Assembly (NCBI RefSeq): GCF_006345805.1
Contig: NC_042997.1
Span: 198,524,001 to 198,588,000 of the forward strand
Length of the DNA stretch: 64,000 nt
Origin: Octopus sinensis
Taxonomy: Eukaryota
Direction: 5' to 3'
The position numbers and the translations under genes are program-made. This document shows positions 1 through 10,869 of the stretch, piece after piece; position 1 is the first letter of the stretch, and every line of letters begins with the position of its first letter. The notes beneath the pieces are model-generated. The model was not told the origin of the DNA. It was given only the letters and a program-made list of their open reading frames with translations, and did no database searches.

Positions 1-939
1 GAGGCCGTTTTGTCATCAGAAGAAAGAGAGGGTACGTAGGGAACATGGCTATAGCATGTTGGTACTACTAGGAGATGCTTTTTAAAATGTTACCGAATGT
101 GGTTTGGTCTGAATGTATACTTTCCAGTACAATCATAAATATCTAATACTATAAAATCTGTCTTCTGGTTACATTTTGAAGCAGATTCTTTGTACACTTC
201 GAAACAACAGTCTCCAATTAACTATTTGTTATACATTAAAAATTACTTCAGAAACATATAATGTAGAGATGGTATTCGAAATAATATTGGTTTAAAATGT
301 TGGCACAAGGCCAGCAATTTCGAGGAAGGGTTAATTTGATTACATCGATCCAAGTGCTCAAACTGGTACTAATCTTAACGACCCTAGAGGAATGAAAGGC
401 GAAGTTGACCTCGGCGGAATTTGAACTTGGAACGTGAAGACAGCGTTTTGCCTGACGTGCTAACGGTTCTGCTATCTTTCTGCCTTACAGTTCGAAACAA
501 TATTACAAAGTAATTTACTTTATCACTTGGCTTAGAGTTTGATCGAATATTTTTCTTAATCGAAGAATCTGATTTCGCTTTATCAACGAAGCCATTTCCA
601 CTTCCTTTCGACCACAGACACCCTTAGAAATGAAGGCATTTAACATTCGGTCCAAATTTACAGGTTTCATCCATACAACAAAAGGAAATGGAAATCATTC
701 CAGAGAATCAGCCCTATTGTATTATGACAACTATGTCAGTTCCATAACAGGATACAATCGGAAAAGGATATGCTATTTATAAACGGTAATATAATATCGT
801 ATAAACGTAAATACACATCCCATGCTAATGTCACTGATAACCTTAAAATAGCAGAAAAGTGCACTATAGAAATTTTGTATGGCTTGGTTTTAAAAGAAGA
901 CAGTGCCTGTAGCCTTCGCAAGTCCTCCAAAACAAATGA

Positions 940-1150
940 TATCGATGTAATTATTGTCCCTCTTGAACAACTACAAATTGCTGGCATCAGGTCGAAATTT
1001 CCAGAGGACTGACTTTTAAAATTGGAAGTTCTGGCCGAAGTGATTACTTCAGGGAACCAGGTGGGTTAGCACAAAATGCATGACGGAAAGGTTGAGAGTG
1101 TCAAATTGAGAACAGCACACGACCAAGCATTTCCGAGAAGTAGACGCCAC
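940..1150 (+). mobile_element. Possible decayed BEL/Pao LTR-retrotransposon integrase C-terminal fragment
   Basis: Manual translation near 1084 gives DGKVESVKLRT, resembling the DG.VR.V.+RT motif at the end of BEL/Pao pol; surrounding frames are broken. Confidence 0.25.
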
Positions 1151-1294
1151 AATGGTGATGTCGAAACGGAAAATAGTGGTAACAGAGAGTGCGATTTCGT
1201 GACAATCAGACGGTTGCTCGTTTTTTGGAGCGTGGGTCTGGAATTTTCATGAGTGGCAGCAGCAGCAGCACAGTCCCAGGTATTAGAACAGTAT

Positions 1295-2040
1295 AAGGCG
1301 GCGAGCAGGCAGAAGCGTTATCACGCCAAGCGAAATGCTTAGCGGTATTTCGTCTGCCGCTACGTTCTGAGTTCAAATTCCGCCGCGGTCGACTTTGCCT
1401 TTCATCCTTTCGGGGTTGATTAAATAAGTACCAGTTATGCACTGGGGTCGATATAATCGACTTAATCCGTTTGTCTGTTCTTGTTCGTCCCCTCTGTGTT
1501 TAGCCCCTTGTGGGTAGTGAAGAAATAGGCATTTCGTCTGCCGCTACGTTCCGAGTTCAAAATTCCGCCGAGGTCGACTTTGACTTTCATCCTTTCGGGG
1601 TCGATTAAATAAGTACCAGTTACGCACTGGTGTCGATATAATCGACCTAATCCGTTTGTTCGTCCCCTCTGTGTTTAGCCCCTTGTGGGTAGTAAAGAAA
1701 TAGGTATTTCGTCTGCCGCTACGTTCTGAGTTCAAATTCCGCCGAGGTCGACTTTGCCTTTCATCTTTTCGGGGTCGATTAAATAAGTACCAGTTACGCA
1801 CTGGTGTCGATATAATCGACCTAATCCGTTTGTTCGTCCCCTCTGTGTTTAGCCCCTTGTGGGTAGTAAAGAAATAGGTATTTCGTCTGCCGCTACGTTC
1901 TGAGTTCAAATTCCGCCGAGGTCGACTTTGCCTTTCATCTTTTCGGGGTCGATTAAATAAGTACCAGTTACGCACTGGTGTCGATATACTCGACTTAATC
2001 CGTTTGTCTGTCCTCTCTGTGGGTAATAAAGAAATAGGTA
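1295..2040 (+). mobile_element. tRNA-derived SINE family A: full copy plus three head-less tandem units (tetramer)
   Basis: Head GGCGGCGAGCAGGCAGAA, B-box-like GAGTTCAAATTCC, body GTCGACTTTGCCTTTCATCCTTTCGGGGTCGAT repeated four times at about 175-185 bp spacing. Flanked by AGGTATTAGAA(C/T)AGTA at 1278-1293 and 2036-2051 (TSD). Confidence 0.9.
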
Positions 2041-2059
2041 TTAGAATAGTAATCCATTA

Positions 2060-2250
2060 GGAGTCTCATTTAAACTTCGTAAAGTGATAGACGTTGTTGG
2101 CTAATGAAGTATTTTTCTAAAACTCTGAAGAGGAAGGTTAGTTCTGTGATGCATTTTTTGTAATGTTGAACGGGTGCGGTCGTCTGGAAAGATCATCAGT
2201 AATGATGAGGACTAGGTTACCGGTTTAGGTTACCTGTTTATATGAGGGAG
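2060..2250 (-). mobile_element. Old PLE relic (GIY-YIG C-terminal end)
   Basis: Minus-strand translation RVLEKYFISQQRLSL resembles RLNKETFFIEKYKPRLN of the PLE at 8657-9130. Confidence 0.3.
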
Positions 2251-3024
2251 GGCGGACACGATGTTGTTTCATTGATATATGTAGTGATTGTATCTTAGTG
2301 TGTTCCCGTTTTTGTAAAGTAAGACAGCAACAATAATTGCATTCTTGTTATGCAATTTCTGTATCTTTATTTGATATTAGGTTTCATTGAAATTATTACG
2401 TGCGTGTATCTTATGTCGGACTAGCTGCTGCTGATGTTCGCTGCATATTAAAAATATGGAAGAAAACCGCTAACTACTGTTGCTACGACGACGGCTCATA
2501 TTCATCCTTGAATATATCATTTAGCAACAACGTTTATTACTGCTCTGCAATCTGATTCGGATTTTATGGTGTAGTCATTTTATTTCACTAATGCTATGTT
2601 TTGCCGTAATACTTACAATATATTTGTATATATTTTGGTGATTAAGGGAATTTTACTGGATTTTTTTCTTGAACTAGCACTACTGGTGAACGAGAATATA
2701 AGCAGTTTTACATGACTTTTCTTCATGTGGTATATATTATTTTCTTTTATTAAAAATATAACATTAGTGCTACAGTAGCAGATGACAGATTCGAGACAGC
2801 ACTTGATAAAAGGCTTTGCTGCTTTGGATACGGTTCTTTATGTTGTGAGTTTAACCTCCTCCTTCCGGGATCAAGAAAACGAAGTATCAGATAATCACGA
2901 TCGATAGACTATCTTTTTTTTTTTTTTTTACAAAAATGTGGCCTTGAACCAATCTTAGAAATCAGTATAGCTACTGTTAGGGCGATGTATGACAGAGTTT
3001 GTAGGGAGGTGGGTAATATGGGGA

Positions 3025-3170
3025 GAATTCGCAAAAAAACAAAAGACGAAGACAAGTGGTGTAGAAAACAAACAGATGTATTAGTATAACGCTCGGGAAT
3101 TGAAAAAGTCTTTAACGTTTCGAGCCTACGCTCTTCCACACAAAGGAACACAGAAAGAAACAAGGAGAGA
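3025..3170 (-). mobile_element. Short PLE pLTR-like repeat (family D) with hammerhead-like fold
   Basis: Homologous to 22695-22850, 32830-32980 and 49724-49825. Minus strand 3110-3145: CTTT GTGTGGA A GAGC GTAG GCTC GAAA CG TT AAAG. Confidence 0.6.
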
Positions 3171-5506
3171 ATGCCTTGCTATATTCAAATAAGCCACTTG
3201 ACGGTCTGAATTCGACTATCGATTTTGCCTTAAGTCGATATAATGAACGATCTTCTTTGCGCTCCCATCTCGAATAATAAGTCATACCGATTTCCTTGAC
3301 ATATACATGTGCATGACATGGAATTCTGGAAGAAAAATCTCAAACTGGTTTCTAGTTGTCCGCTTTAGATTATTCTTACGAGATCTGTCTTTCGGTTAGA
3401 GACAGTAAGATTTCCCAGACATATGTGTCAACCCTGAATGTAAAGAACCAGAAGAAACACCACAAAGCATTTTGTCCAGTTCTCTAATACTTCCGCAAAC
3501 CCGGTCAACTCCAGAAGGATGAAAGGCAAAGCCGATCTTCAGGGAATTTAAACTCAGGAAGTAAATAGCCGGAAAAGATACCGTCCTAGTGTGTCTGCCA
3601 ATTCGCCGCCTTTACCTCTCCCGTGTATAAACGATACGGCTTCGGGCTCTGATGAGAAATCCTTATTACACTTGCTATCGGCGCATAAGAAATAGGCAGA
3701 CGATCGCTGGCAATCGATGTGTGATTTCATAAGCTTTCATTGTTGATTTCAGTTCTTGTTTAGGAAATATTAGCTGGGATAGTGAGGAATATTATCCAAC
3801 CTGTATGCAGAGTCATCGATGTCTTAAAATACAATATTGTATTGTATTTAAGCGATAATGATTTACAAAATAGCCACAAACTTTTGGTGAGGTGGAAGTC
3901 GAGTAGATTGACCTAAGTTCTTAATCTGTTTCAACTGCGACTTCAAAATTTGAGCCCAAAGCATAAATGGGCATAAATAACAGTAACGTGCCCAATTACC
4001 TATGATTATATGACGGCTCTAATAGCAATAATAATGATTTATCCAAAAAACAAAACGTCAAAGTCTTATAAAGAGAAATAATCTATTAAACAGACTTCAG
4101 TTAAAATCTGACTGGAGCCTTTTCCCTTCTCTTTCGTTGCAAAGGCATTTGAGAAATTTATTAAAGTGTCAAATCATTTCCTGCATATTAAAATATACAA
4201 TATTTTTATTTTGTCATTCTGTTGAAAGTTTATTCTCTCAGTTACATTGTTCGATATCTATATACTCATCACCTGAAAACATCGTAAACAAGCAAGCAGA
4301 TAACACTGTCGAAACAACAGAGTTACTTACAATGGCAGCTAATAATAAACGATAATATTTATGTATTCTTTCTGTAGTCGCAAAAATAAATACCTTATAA
4401 AGATTACGACAGGCATATATACTTGTATTTTGTAAAAAGGTGAGAGGGAGAGATGTAGCTGGGGGCATCAGTTTGATATCTTCTCTCTATTTCCTATATT
4501 ATTCTGAACTAAATATTGATAAAAACTAAAATTTAAAACTGAAGAATAGAAAAAAAAACTGATTATTAAATATCTCAACGAAATATATTTCATTAATTAA
4601 AGACATACAAAACAATAACTTGAAATCATTGTTACTACAAATAAAAAGTTAGTGGCGCTCATTTAAAAAGCTTGTAATGACTTCTGGTGTGTTCAATACG
4701 TTGAATACTTTTGCAAGTAATAATTCTGACTTTCTGTTGTTTTAAACAACCACGTTCTTCTGACTTTTTATTTGTCAATTTGCCAACACAAGAAATTAGT
4801 CTGCCAATTTGAAAATTTGTTCTTAAAATTCAATAAAAGGCAATTTTAACTTTTAGATATTCTTGAATCTATTTTTATTTGATTACTTCAATTAGGCAAA
4901 CGCCTAATTATTATTGAGAAAACTAAATAATTGGAAACAGTTACCCTAAATAATGTTTTTTCCAAGAATATTTCTCCAATTGCTGATTACAAATTTTAAG
5001 AGTGTTTGTAAAAGATAATTTCTTTTCCTCTGGATACCAGCATTTGTAATGAACATTAATATATATCTCATTAGAAGTGTAAGACATTGAAATATTTACT
5101 TCATAAACCCTTAAATTACTGTGTTAGTAGAAAACATAAAAAATTTTGAAGTTTATTGACTTTTCATAATACATAGCCTACGGTTCTAATATGAATGATT
5201 GTAATTTTCTCTTTGTACAAACTGAAAATGAAACTCAAATCACATACAACCGTAATAGCGTTCTAGCTACAACTAATTTACAACCGACAAGTGCAATATC
5301 TACAGGCGTTAAAAGCCATCCTAAAGAAAAAAATCCCGTCTGTAATTTGTTCACATTTCCGGTAGTAACTAAAACCTCTCACACATACATATTGTAAATA
5401 AACTTAGAAGTGTCGAGAGGAGAGAGATGGTATTCACAGCCATCATACGTTCGAAAATTCCTTTATTTTCTGCAATATATATATATATATATATATATAT
5501 ACTTTT

Positions 5507-6457
5507 AGGATCTTTTCCTTTTGATGAGCAACTTGATTAATTAATTTTCTTTAACTAAACACCTTGAAACTTCGTATGATGGTAGAATGTGTCATATCGA
5601 ACATCTTTTACTCTTAGCATTTTTGAGAAAAGTTTCTATTTTCGAAGTTATTTCATGTTAAAGTTGTCGTATTTCGGTAATTTCAACCAATCAATGACGT
5701 GTATTCAGCTGAATAAAATTACTGCTGTTGTTTGTCAACAACAACTTCCAGCTGTGTATATTTCGTTTGTCACTGTTATTTATGACATATTTCATCTCAG
5801 TTACGTTCGAATGAATAAACGAAGCATGTTTACTTCATGACACCACCATAATCATTCGTGCATTTCTACTGCTTTTAGGTCTTTTTTTTCCCTGTTTTTC
5901 AGCTACTATTTTTGGAATGACTTCCTCCCCTCCCACCCCCAATTTTCTTGCAAATTATCGTTTTTTTTAAAGTTTTTTGCAAAAAAACTCAGCTTTTTGG
6001 ATACGGAGATACCGGAAAATTGCCCCAAATCGGAGTTTTGAAATCTGTTGCCCCCTTACTCCTCCCCGTCTAATTTCTTCATTTTCACTTTTTTCCGTAA
6101 CCCTAACCCTAAAACCCTAACCTTAAGTAGAATAATTGTAAATTTTTAAAGCTGAAACCAGTACAAACGCACGAATGCTGTCATAAATAACAGTGACAGA
6201 CGAAATATATACTGCTAATACTTTTTGTTGACAAACAACAGCAGTCGTTTTATTCAGCTGAATACACGTCAATGATTGGTTGAACTTACCCGATATACAA
6301 CTTTAACACGAAATAACTTCGTAAATAGAATTTTTTCTCAGCAACAATAAGAGTAAAATATGTTCTATATGACACATTCTACCAGTAGCCGAAGTCTCAA
6401 AGTGTTAAGTTAAAGAAAATTAATTAATCGAGCTGCCCATGAAAAGGAAAAGATCCT
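5507..6457. mobile_element. MITE-like non-autonomous DNA transposon with about 280-bp TIRs
   Basis: 5507-5790 is a diverged reverse complement of 6180-6457; termini AGGATCTTTTCCTTTT and AAAAGGAAAAGATCCT. A few internal TAACCC units near 6098-6123. Confidence 0.8.
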
Positions 6458-6838
6458 TCTTTTATTCTTTTACTTGTTTCAGTCATTGAGTGCGGCTAGG
6501 CTGGAGCACCTCCTTCAGTCGAACAAATCGACCCCAAGACTTACTCTTTGTAAGCCTAGTACTTATTCTTGCGGTCTCTTTTGTCGAGCCGCTAAGTTAC
6601 GGGGACGTAAACACACCAACATCAGTTGTGAAGCGATGATGGAGGTAAACACACACAGACACACACACACATAAACGACGAGCTTCTTCCAGTTTCCGTG
6701 TACCAAATCCACTCACAAGGTTTGGGTCAACCCGGAGCTATAGTAGAAGACACTTGCCCAAGGAGCCATGCAGTGGGACTGAACCCGGAACCATGTGGTT
6801 TGCAAGCAACCTTTTTACCACGCAGCCGCTCCTGCGCC
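6458..6838 (-). mobile_element. tRNA-derived SINE family B (bipartite, internal microsatellite)
   Basis: Reverse complement of the family B consensus: head GGCG(T/C)AGGAGTGGCTG, B-box-like GGTTCAGTCCC, CCTTGGGCAAGTGTCTT, microsatellite, right module ending GACTGAAACAAGTAAAAGA. Confidence 0.85.
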
Positions 6839-7308
6839 TGGTATTTTCACGGGCCTTGCTGTTAGCTAATTAATTTCACGCTCATTAGTCTCACTTAGTT
6901 CACTCTCAAATATTTGTAAACAGAACTTATCTTTTCTAGAAACGAATTATAAAGTCGTAAAGTGCACGAAGAACAGCGAAAATCAAAACGCGACTTGTAT
7001 TTCGACAGATTTGAACACGAATGTGTTGCTTTTCTATGAAGAACAACTTCTTTCAGACAATTTAATTCTAATTTAAAAAGTGAAATCGAATAATAATTTA
7101 GAATGCGAGTCCTGACCATTGTATCACCGGACGATGTACAACAGGGTGTTCCATTCTGCGCGACGCATAACACCTGACCGGAGATACATGGTCAACGTGC
7201 TAATCATTTCAGAGACTGGACTTCTAAAACCAGCAGGGTCGTCAATACTCTCCACAACAACAAATGTGATATAGAACATCCAAAAGTTGATGACTGCTAA
7301 ATTTCACC

Positions 7309-7543
7309 TATTTCTTTATTACCAACAAGGAGCTAAACACAGAGAGGATAAACAAGGACAGACAAACGGATTAAGTCGATTATATCGACCTCAGTGTGTA
7401 ACTGGTACTTATTTAATCGACCCCGAAAGGATGAAAGGCAAAGTTGACCTAGGTGGAATTTGAACTCAGAACGTAGCGGCAGACGAAATACCACTAAGCA
7501 TTTCGCTCAGCGCACTAACGATTCTGCCAGCTCGCCGCCTTAA
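7309..7543 (-). mobile_element. SINE family A, full length, 17-bp TSD
   Basis: GACTGCTAAATTTCACC at 7292-7308 and 7544-7560 flanks a complete family A copy. Confidence 0.9.
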
Positions 7544-8261
7544 GACTGCTAAATTTCACCGCCTCTTTCGCAACGATCAACAGTCCTGTTCTGCAAAAGA
7601 GAGCGAAGTAGGGTATCTTTCTATACACAGATACCTCATACACACAACGTCTGAATTACTTCAAATAATGTGTGCACTATGGAAATTGTGAATAAATTAA
7701 AGGTTTTGTCAGCGAACTCATTAAACATACTCAAATATGTTCTACAGTATGTTCTCGTTTTCTTAAAATAAACCGCAACGACCAAAACGTATCTTCTAAA
7801 ACAATTATCTTAATTTAACTAGCTACATTGGGTTTTAAAAATAAAATGAAATAAGATACAAAATAGACTAGATGAATATGAATTTACGTTTCTGCATTAA
7901 AGTTTCATTGTTCGACAAATGTTTCAGCAGCGACCAGTTTCTTTCGCAGCATAATGTATGTACGCGTTTCTTTTAAATAACGATATGTCGTAGTTTTTAG
8001 GAGACATGGTCGTTATCTCTCGAAGGAATACCTAAAGGCTGTCATTAATCATTGATTCAAGTGCATACTTGTACACACTATGTTTTTAATCAATAGTGGA
8101 GCATTCCAGTTCTTATGGTGCGGCGACCTCTCTCTCTCTCCAATAAATCTTATCAAACTATGAATCACAGAAGTGATGCATAAAAACCATTCCCACAGAC
8201 ATCCAACATAACGAATCAAGCAAGCCAAGAATAAAATTAGAACAATAATGAAAACGAATAA

Positions 8262-8343
8262 GGCAAGTGTATTCTACTATAGTCTCGGGCCGACCAAAGC
8301 CTTGTGAATGGATTTGGTAGACGGAAACTGAAAGAAGCCTGTC

Positions 8344-8384
<41 letters not shown>
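8262..8384 (+). mobile_element. SINE family B left half (5'-truncated), split by the PLE insertion
   Basis: GGCAAGTG...GACGGAAACTGAAAGAAGCCTGTCG followed by (TA)n; the right half resumes at 10357-10632. Confidence 0.8.
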
Positions 8385-8386
<2 letters not shown>

Positions 8387-8560
8387 TAAGAAAGTTTGTT
8401 TGGTAAAGCACGTGGGTGAATATATAAGAAAATAGTAAAGTGTGAAAAAACGACAGAAGGCTTAAATGTTAAAAAATATATATATTTGTGTCAAAATGTC
8501 TGGAGAATATTGAAAAATTTTTTTCCCTTTCCTTAAAATGACATAATTTAAAAATTTTTA

Positions 8561-8600
8561 AAGAAATTACCGGTTTCGCGTGTAGCTTTTCAAATTTCTT
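8561..8600 (-). ncRNA. Minimal type I hammerhead ribozyme motif, U3:A8 core variant (3' pLTR copy)
   Basis: AAGAAAT-TTGAAAA-GC TACAC GC-GAAA-CCGG-TA-ATTTCTT: 7-bp stem I, 2-bp stem II, palindromic ACCGGT stem III, GUA triplet. Confidence 0.7.
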
Positions 8601-8656
8601 GTGACGTTATGTTTATATTGCATGGAATTATCGTTGTTTTTATTTCCAGGAGATTT

Positions 8657-8709
8657 CTAAATAAGGGGAGGTAGTGAGTGATTTTTTCCGGTGTAGGGGA
8701 GATAATCGC

Positions 8710-8740
<31 letters not shown>

Positions 8741-10109
8741 CCTTTTCCTTGTTAATTTCTCTGTCAGTATGTTCGGATGGTTGAGTCTGGGTTTGTACTT
8801 TTCAATGAAGAATGTTTCCTTGTTCAGTCTCATTTGTGTTGATGATCCGAAAGCACATTGGTAAAATGGGAAGATTAAAAATTGTGGCAGTAGTTGCTTT
8901 GCGCATTTCTCAATGTGCTCACTAAAAGGTATCATTCTATATTCTGGGAATGCAATCTGTTGTCGATGCAGTGTGCATCTGCGCCTGAGTGATAGTCCCG
9001 TGGAACCCACGTAGTCTTGGTGGCAGCCCGAGCATTTAATAACATAAATTATGTTTTCAGAGGCACAAGTAAAGTTAGATTTGATCTTAAATTTCTGTCC
9101 CTCTTTAAAGAAGAATTCTGATCCTTCCAATAGGTTAGGACATGTTGCACAGTTCGATCTACCACATTTTTTACTTTTGCATCCGTAATTTTAGAAGACA
9201 ATTTTGCCTTTGTGAGAATCTTTTTAAGTGATTTAGGCTGTTTGTAGCTTTTAATGATTTGGTGTATGTTTAGAATTTCCTTTAATTTTGGGTTTTTATG
9301 AAGTATTGGTAAATTCTGGGTGATGATGGTGAAGGCTTCTTTGTTTCTGGGGTTGTATGTAGATATGTAAGGTAGTATTTTCGGGGAAGGTGTGTTGTTG
9401 TGTTGAACTTTTCTTAAAGTTTCTATGTTGATTTCTGTTGCACGTCTGATCCCATCCTCTATGAGTTGAGCTGGGTAATGTCTGTCAATTAGGGTGTTTT
9501 TGAGTTCTTGCAGTCTAAAGTTCCTGGTATTTTGTTCTGACACTATTGTGCATATCCTTCTTGCAAGGTTGAAGGGGATGTTTGTTTTAGTGTGTCTTGG
9601 GTGGCATGAATTAAAAAGAAGGTATTGTTTGGCGTCTGTGGCTTTGTAAAAAATGTCTGTTTCTATTTTAAGGTTAATTTTTTAATTAGTATATCCAAGA
9701 ACGGGAGCTCCTTTTGGTTGTATTCCATTGTGAACTGTATATTTGGGTTTATGCTGTTCAATAGGTTTTTAAATTTTAGGAGTTTATCTATGTTTTCATT
9801 CCAGAGAATGAAACAATCGTCTAGGAATCGTTTCCAATTCTCTTTTATGTATTGAGAGAGGGAGTTTCCAAAGATTGATAGAGATTCCTGGTAAATGATT
9901 ATTTCCATGTATCCCATTGTTAAGTTCGCAATGACTGGTGCTGCCCTTGTACCCATAGCAATTCCGGATTTTTGACGGTAAAATGTATTGTCAAACATGA
10001 AGTGGTTATTGTGTAGGATGAATTCAATTGATTTAGTAATGAATTCCTTACTGATCCTTTTTGGTATTTCTTCCGGAAATTGGTCTAACCAGAATTGTAT
10101 TGCCTCCAT
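8657..10109 (-). pseudogene. PLE RT-GIY-YIG polyprotein, N-terminally truncated, two frameshifts
   Basis: Three consecutive minus-strand ORFs joined by frameshifts in A-runs near 9675 and 9170; RT motif A is absent. Confidence 0.9.
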
Positions 10110-10181
10110 ACCTCCCCTTATTTAGAAATCTCCTGGAAATAAAAACAACGATAATTCCATGCAATATAAACATAACGTCAC

Positions 10182-10221
10182 AAGAAATTTGAAAAGCTAC
10201 ACGCGAAACCGGTAATTTCTT
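10182..10221 (+). ncRNA. Minimal type I hammerhead ribozyme motif, U3:A8 core variant (inverted 5' pLTR copy)
   Basis: Identical 40-nt motif in the inverted pLTR copy. Confidence 0.7.
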
Positions 10222-10356
10222 TAAAAATTTTTAAATTATGTCATTTTAAGGAAAGGAAAAAAAATTTTTCCAATATTCTCCAGACATTTTGACACAAATA
10301 TATATATTTTTTAACATTTAAGCCTTCTGTCGTTTTTTCACACTTTACTATTTTCT

Positions 10357-10358
10357 AT

Positions 10359-10409
<51 letters not shown>

Positions 10410-10632
10410 GTGTGTGTATGTTTGTGTGTGTGTTTGTCTCCCGCCCCAACATCACTTGACTGCCGATGCTGGTGTGTTTACGTCCCCGTAACCTAGCCGT
10501 TCGGCAAAAGAGACCGAAAGAATAATTACTAGACTTACAAAGAATAAGTCATGGGTTCGATTTGCTCGACTAAAGGCGGTGCTCCAGCATGGCCACAGTG
10601 AAATGACTGAAACAAATAAAAAAAAAGTAAAA
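10357..10632 (+). mobile_element. SINE family B right half (microsatellite plus 3' module)
   Basis: (TA)n(TG)n then GCCGATGCTGGTGTGTTTACGTCCCCGTAAC...GACTGAAACAAATAAAA. Confidence 0.85.
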
Positions 10633-10869
10633 GAGAAAGGAAGTTGGCACGTAGGGCTATTGCAGGTCTCAGTCCTCACAGTCTCTGCCACTATATATAC
10701 AATCACTCTTAAAACAACCTAAAATACACCCATGTTACTATAGCAACTTTAAAAAATATCTACATCACAACTTAGTCCAGACAAACTTAGAAGGAACAAA
10801 CACAAAAAATGTCACTTGCATTAAGGATTCAGTTAGCTCCCAAATATTCTGTTGGCACCCACGCCGTTG

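Larger units (their letters stand above)
8385..10356 (-). mobile_element. Penelope-like retroelement (Neptune-type), 5'-truncated, with inverted pLTR copy at its 5' end
   Basis: RT motifs GIAMGTRAAPVIANL and WKRFLDDCFILW (9663-10109); thumb region (9049-9543); Cys-rich linker CGRSNCATC; GIY-YIG IIYVIKCSGCHQDYVGSTG...R...H (8657-9130). 8427-8673 is the reverse complement of 10109-10356. Confidence 0.95.

Noticed and set aside
1206-1975. Recurrent ORFs 'MRNWYLFNRPRKDERQSRPRRNLNS' (also 11037, 40961, 42163)
   Set aside because: Antisense translations of SINE A; they recur because the SINE does, with frame-breaking indels among copies.
1295-2040. Regular direct repeats resembling a CRISPR array or satellite
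   Set aside because: The units are whole SINE bodies with no unique spacers; the context is eukaryotic with no cas genes.
3649-3700. CTGATGA as a hammerhead core
   Set aside because: No stem II followed by GAAA and no stem I complement.
6098-6123. TAACCC units as an interstitial telomere or fusion scar
   Set aside because: Only 3-4 imperfect units, internal to a MITE and echoed in its relative at 11.66 kb.
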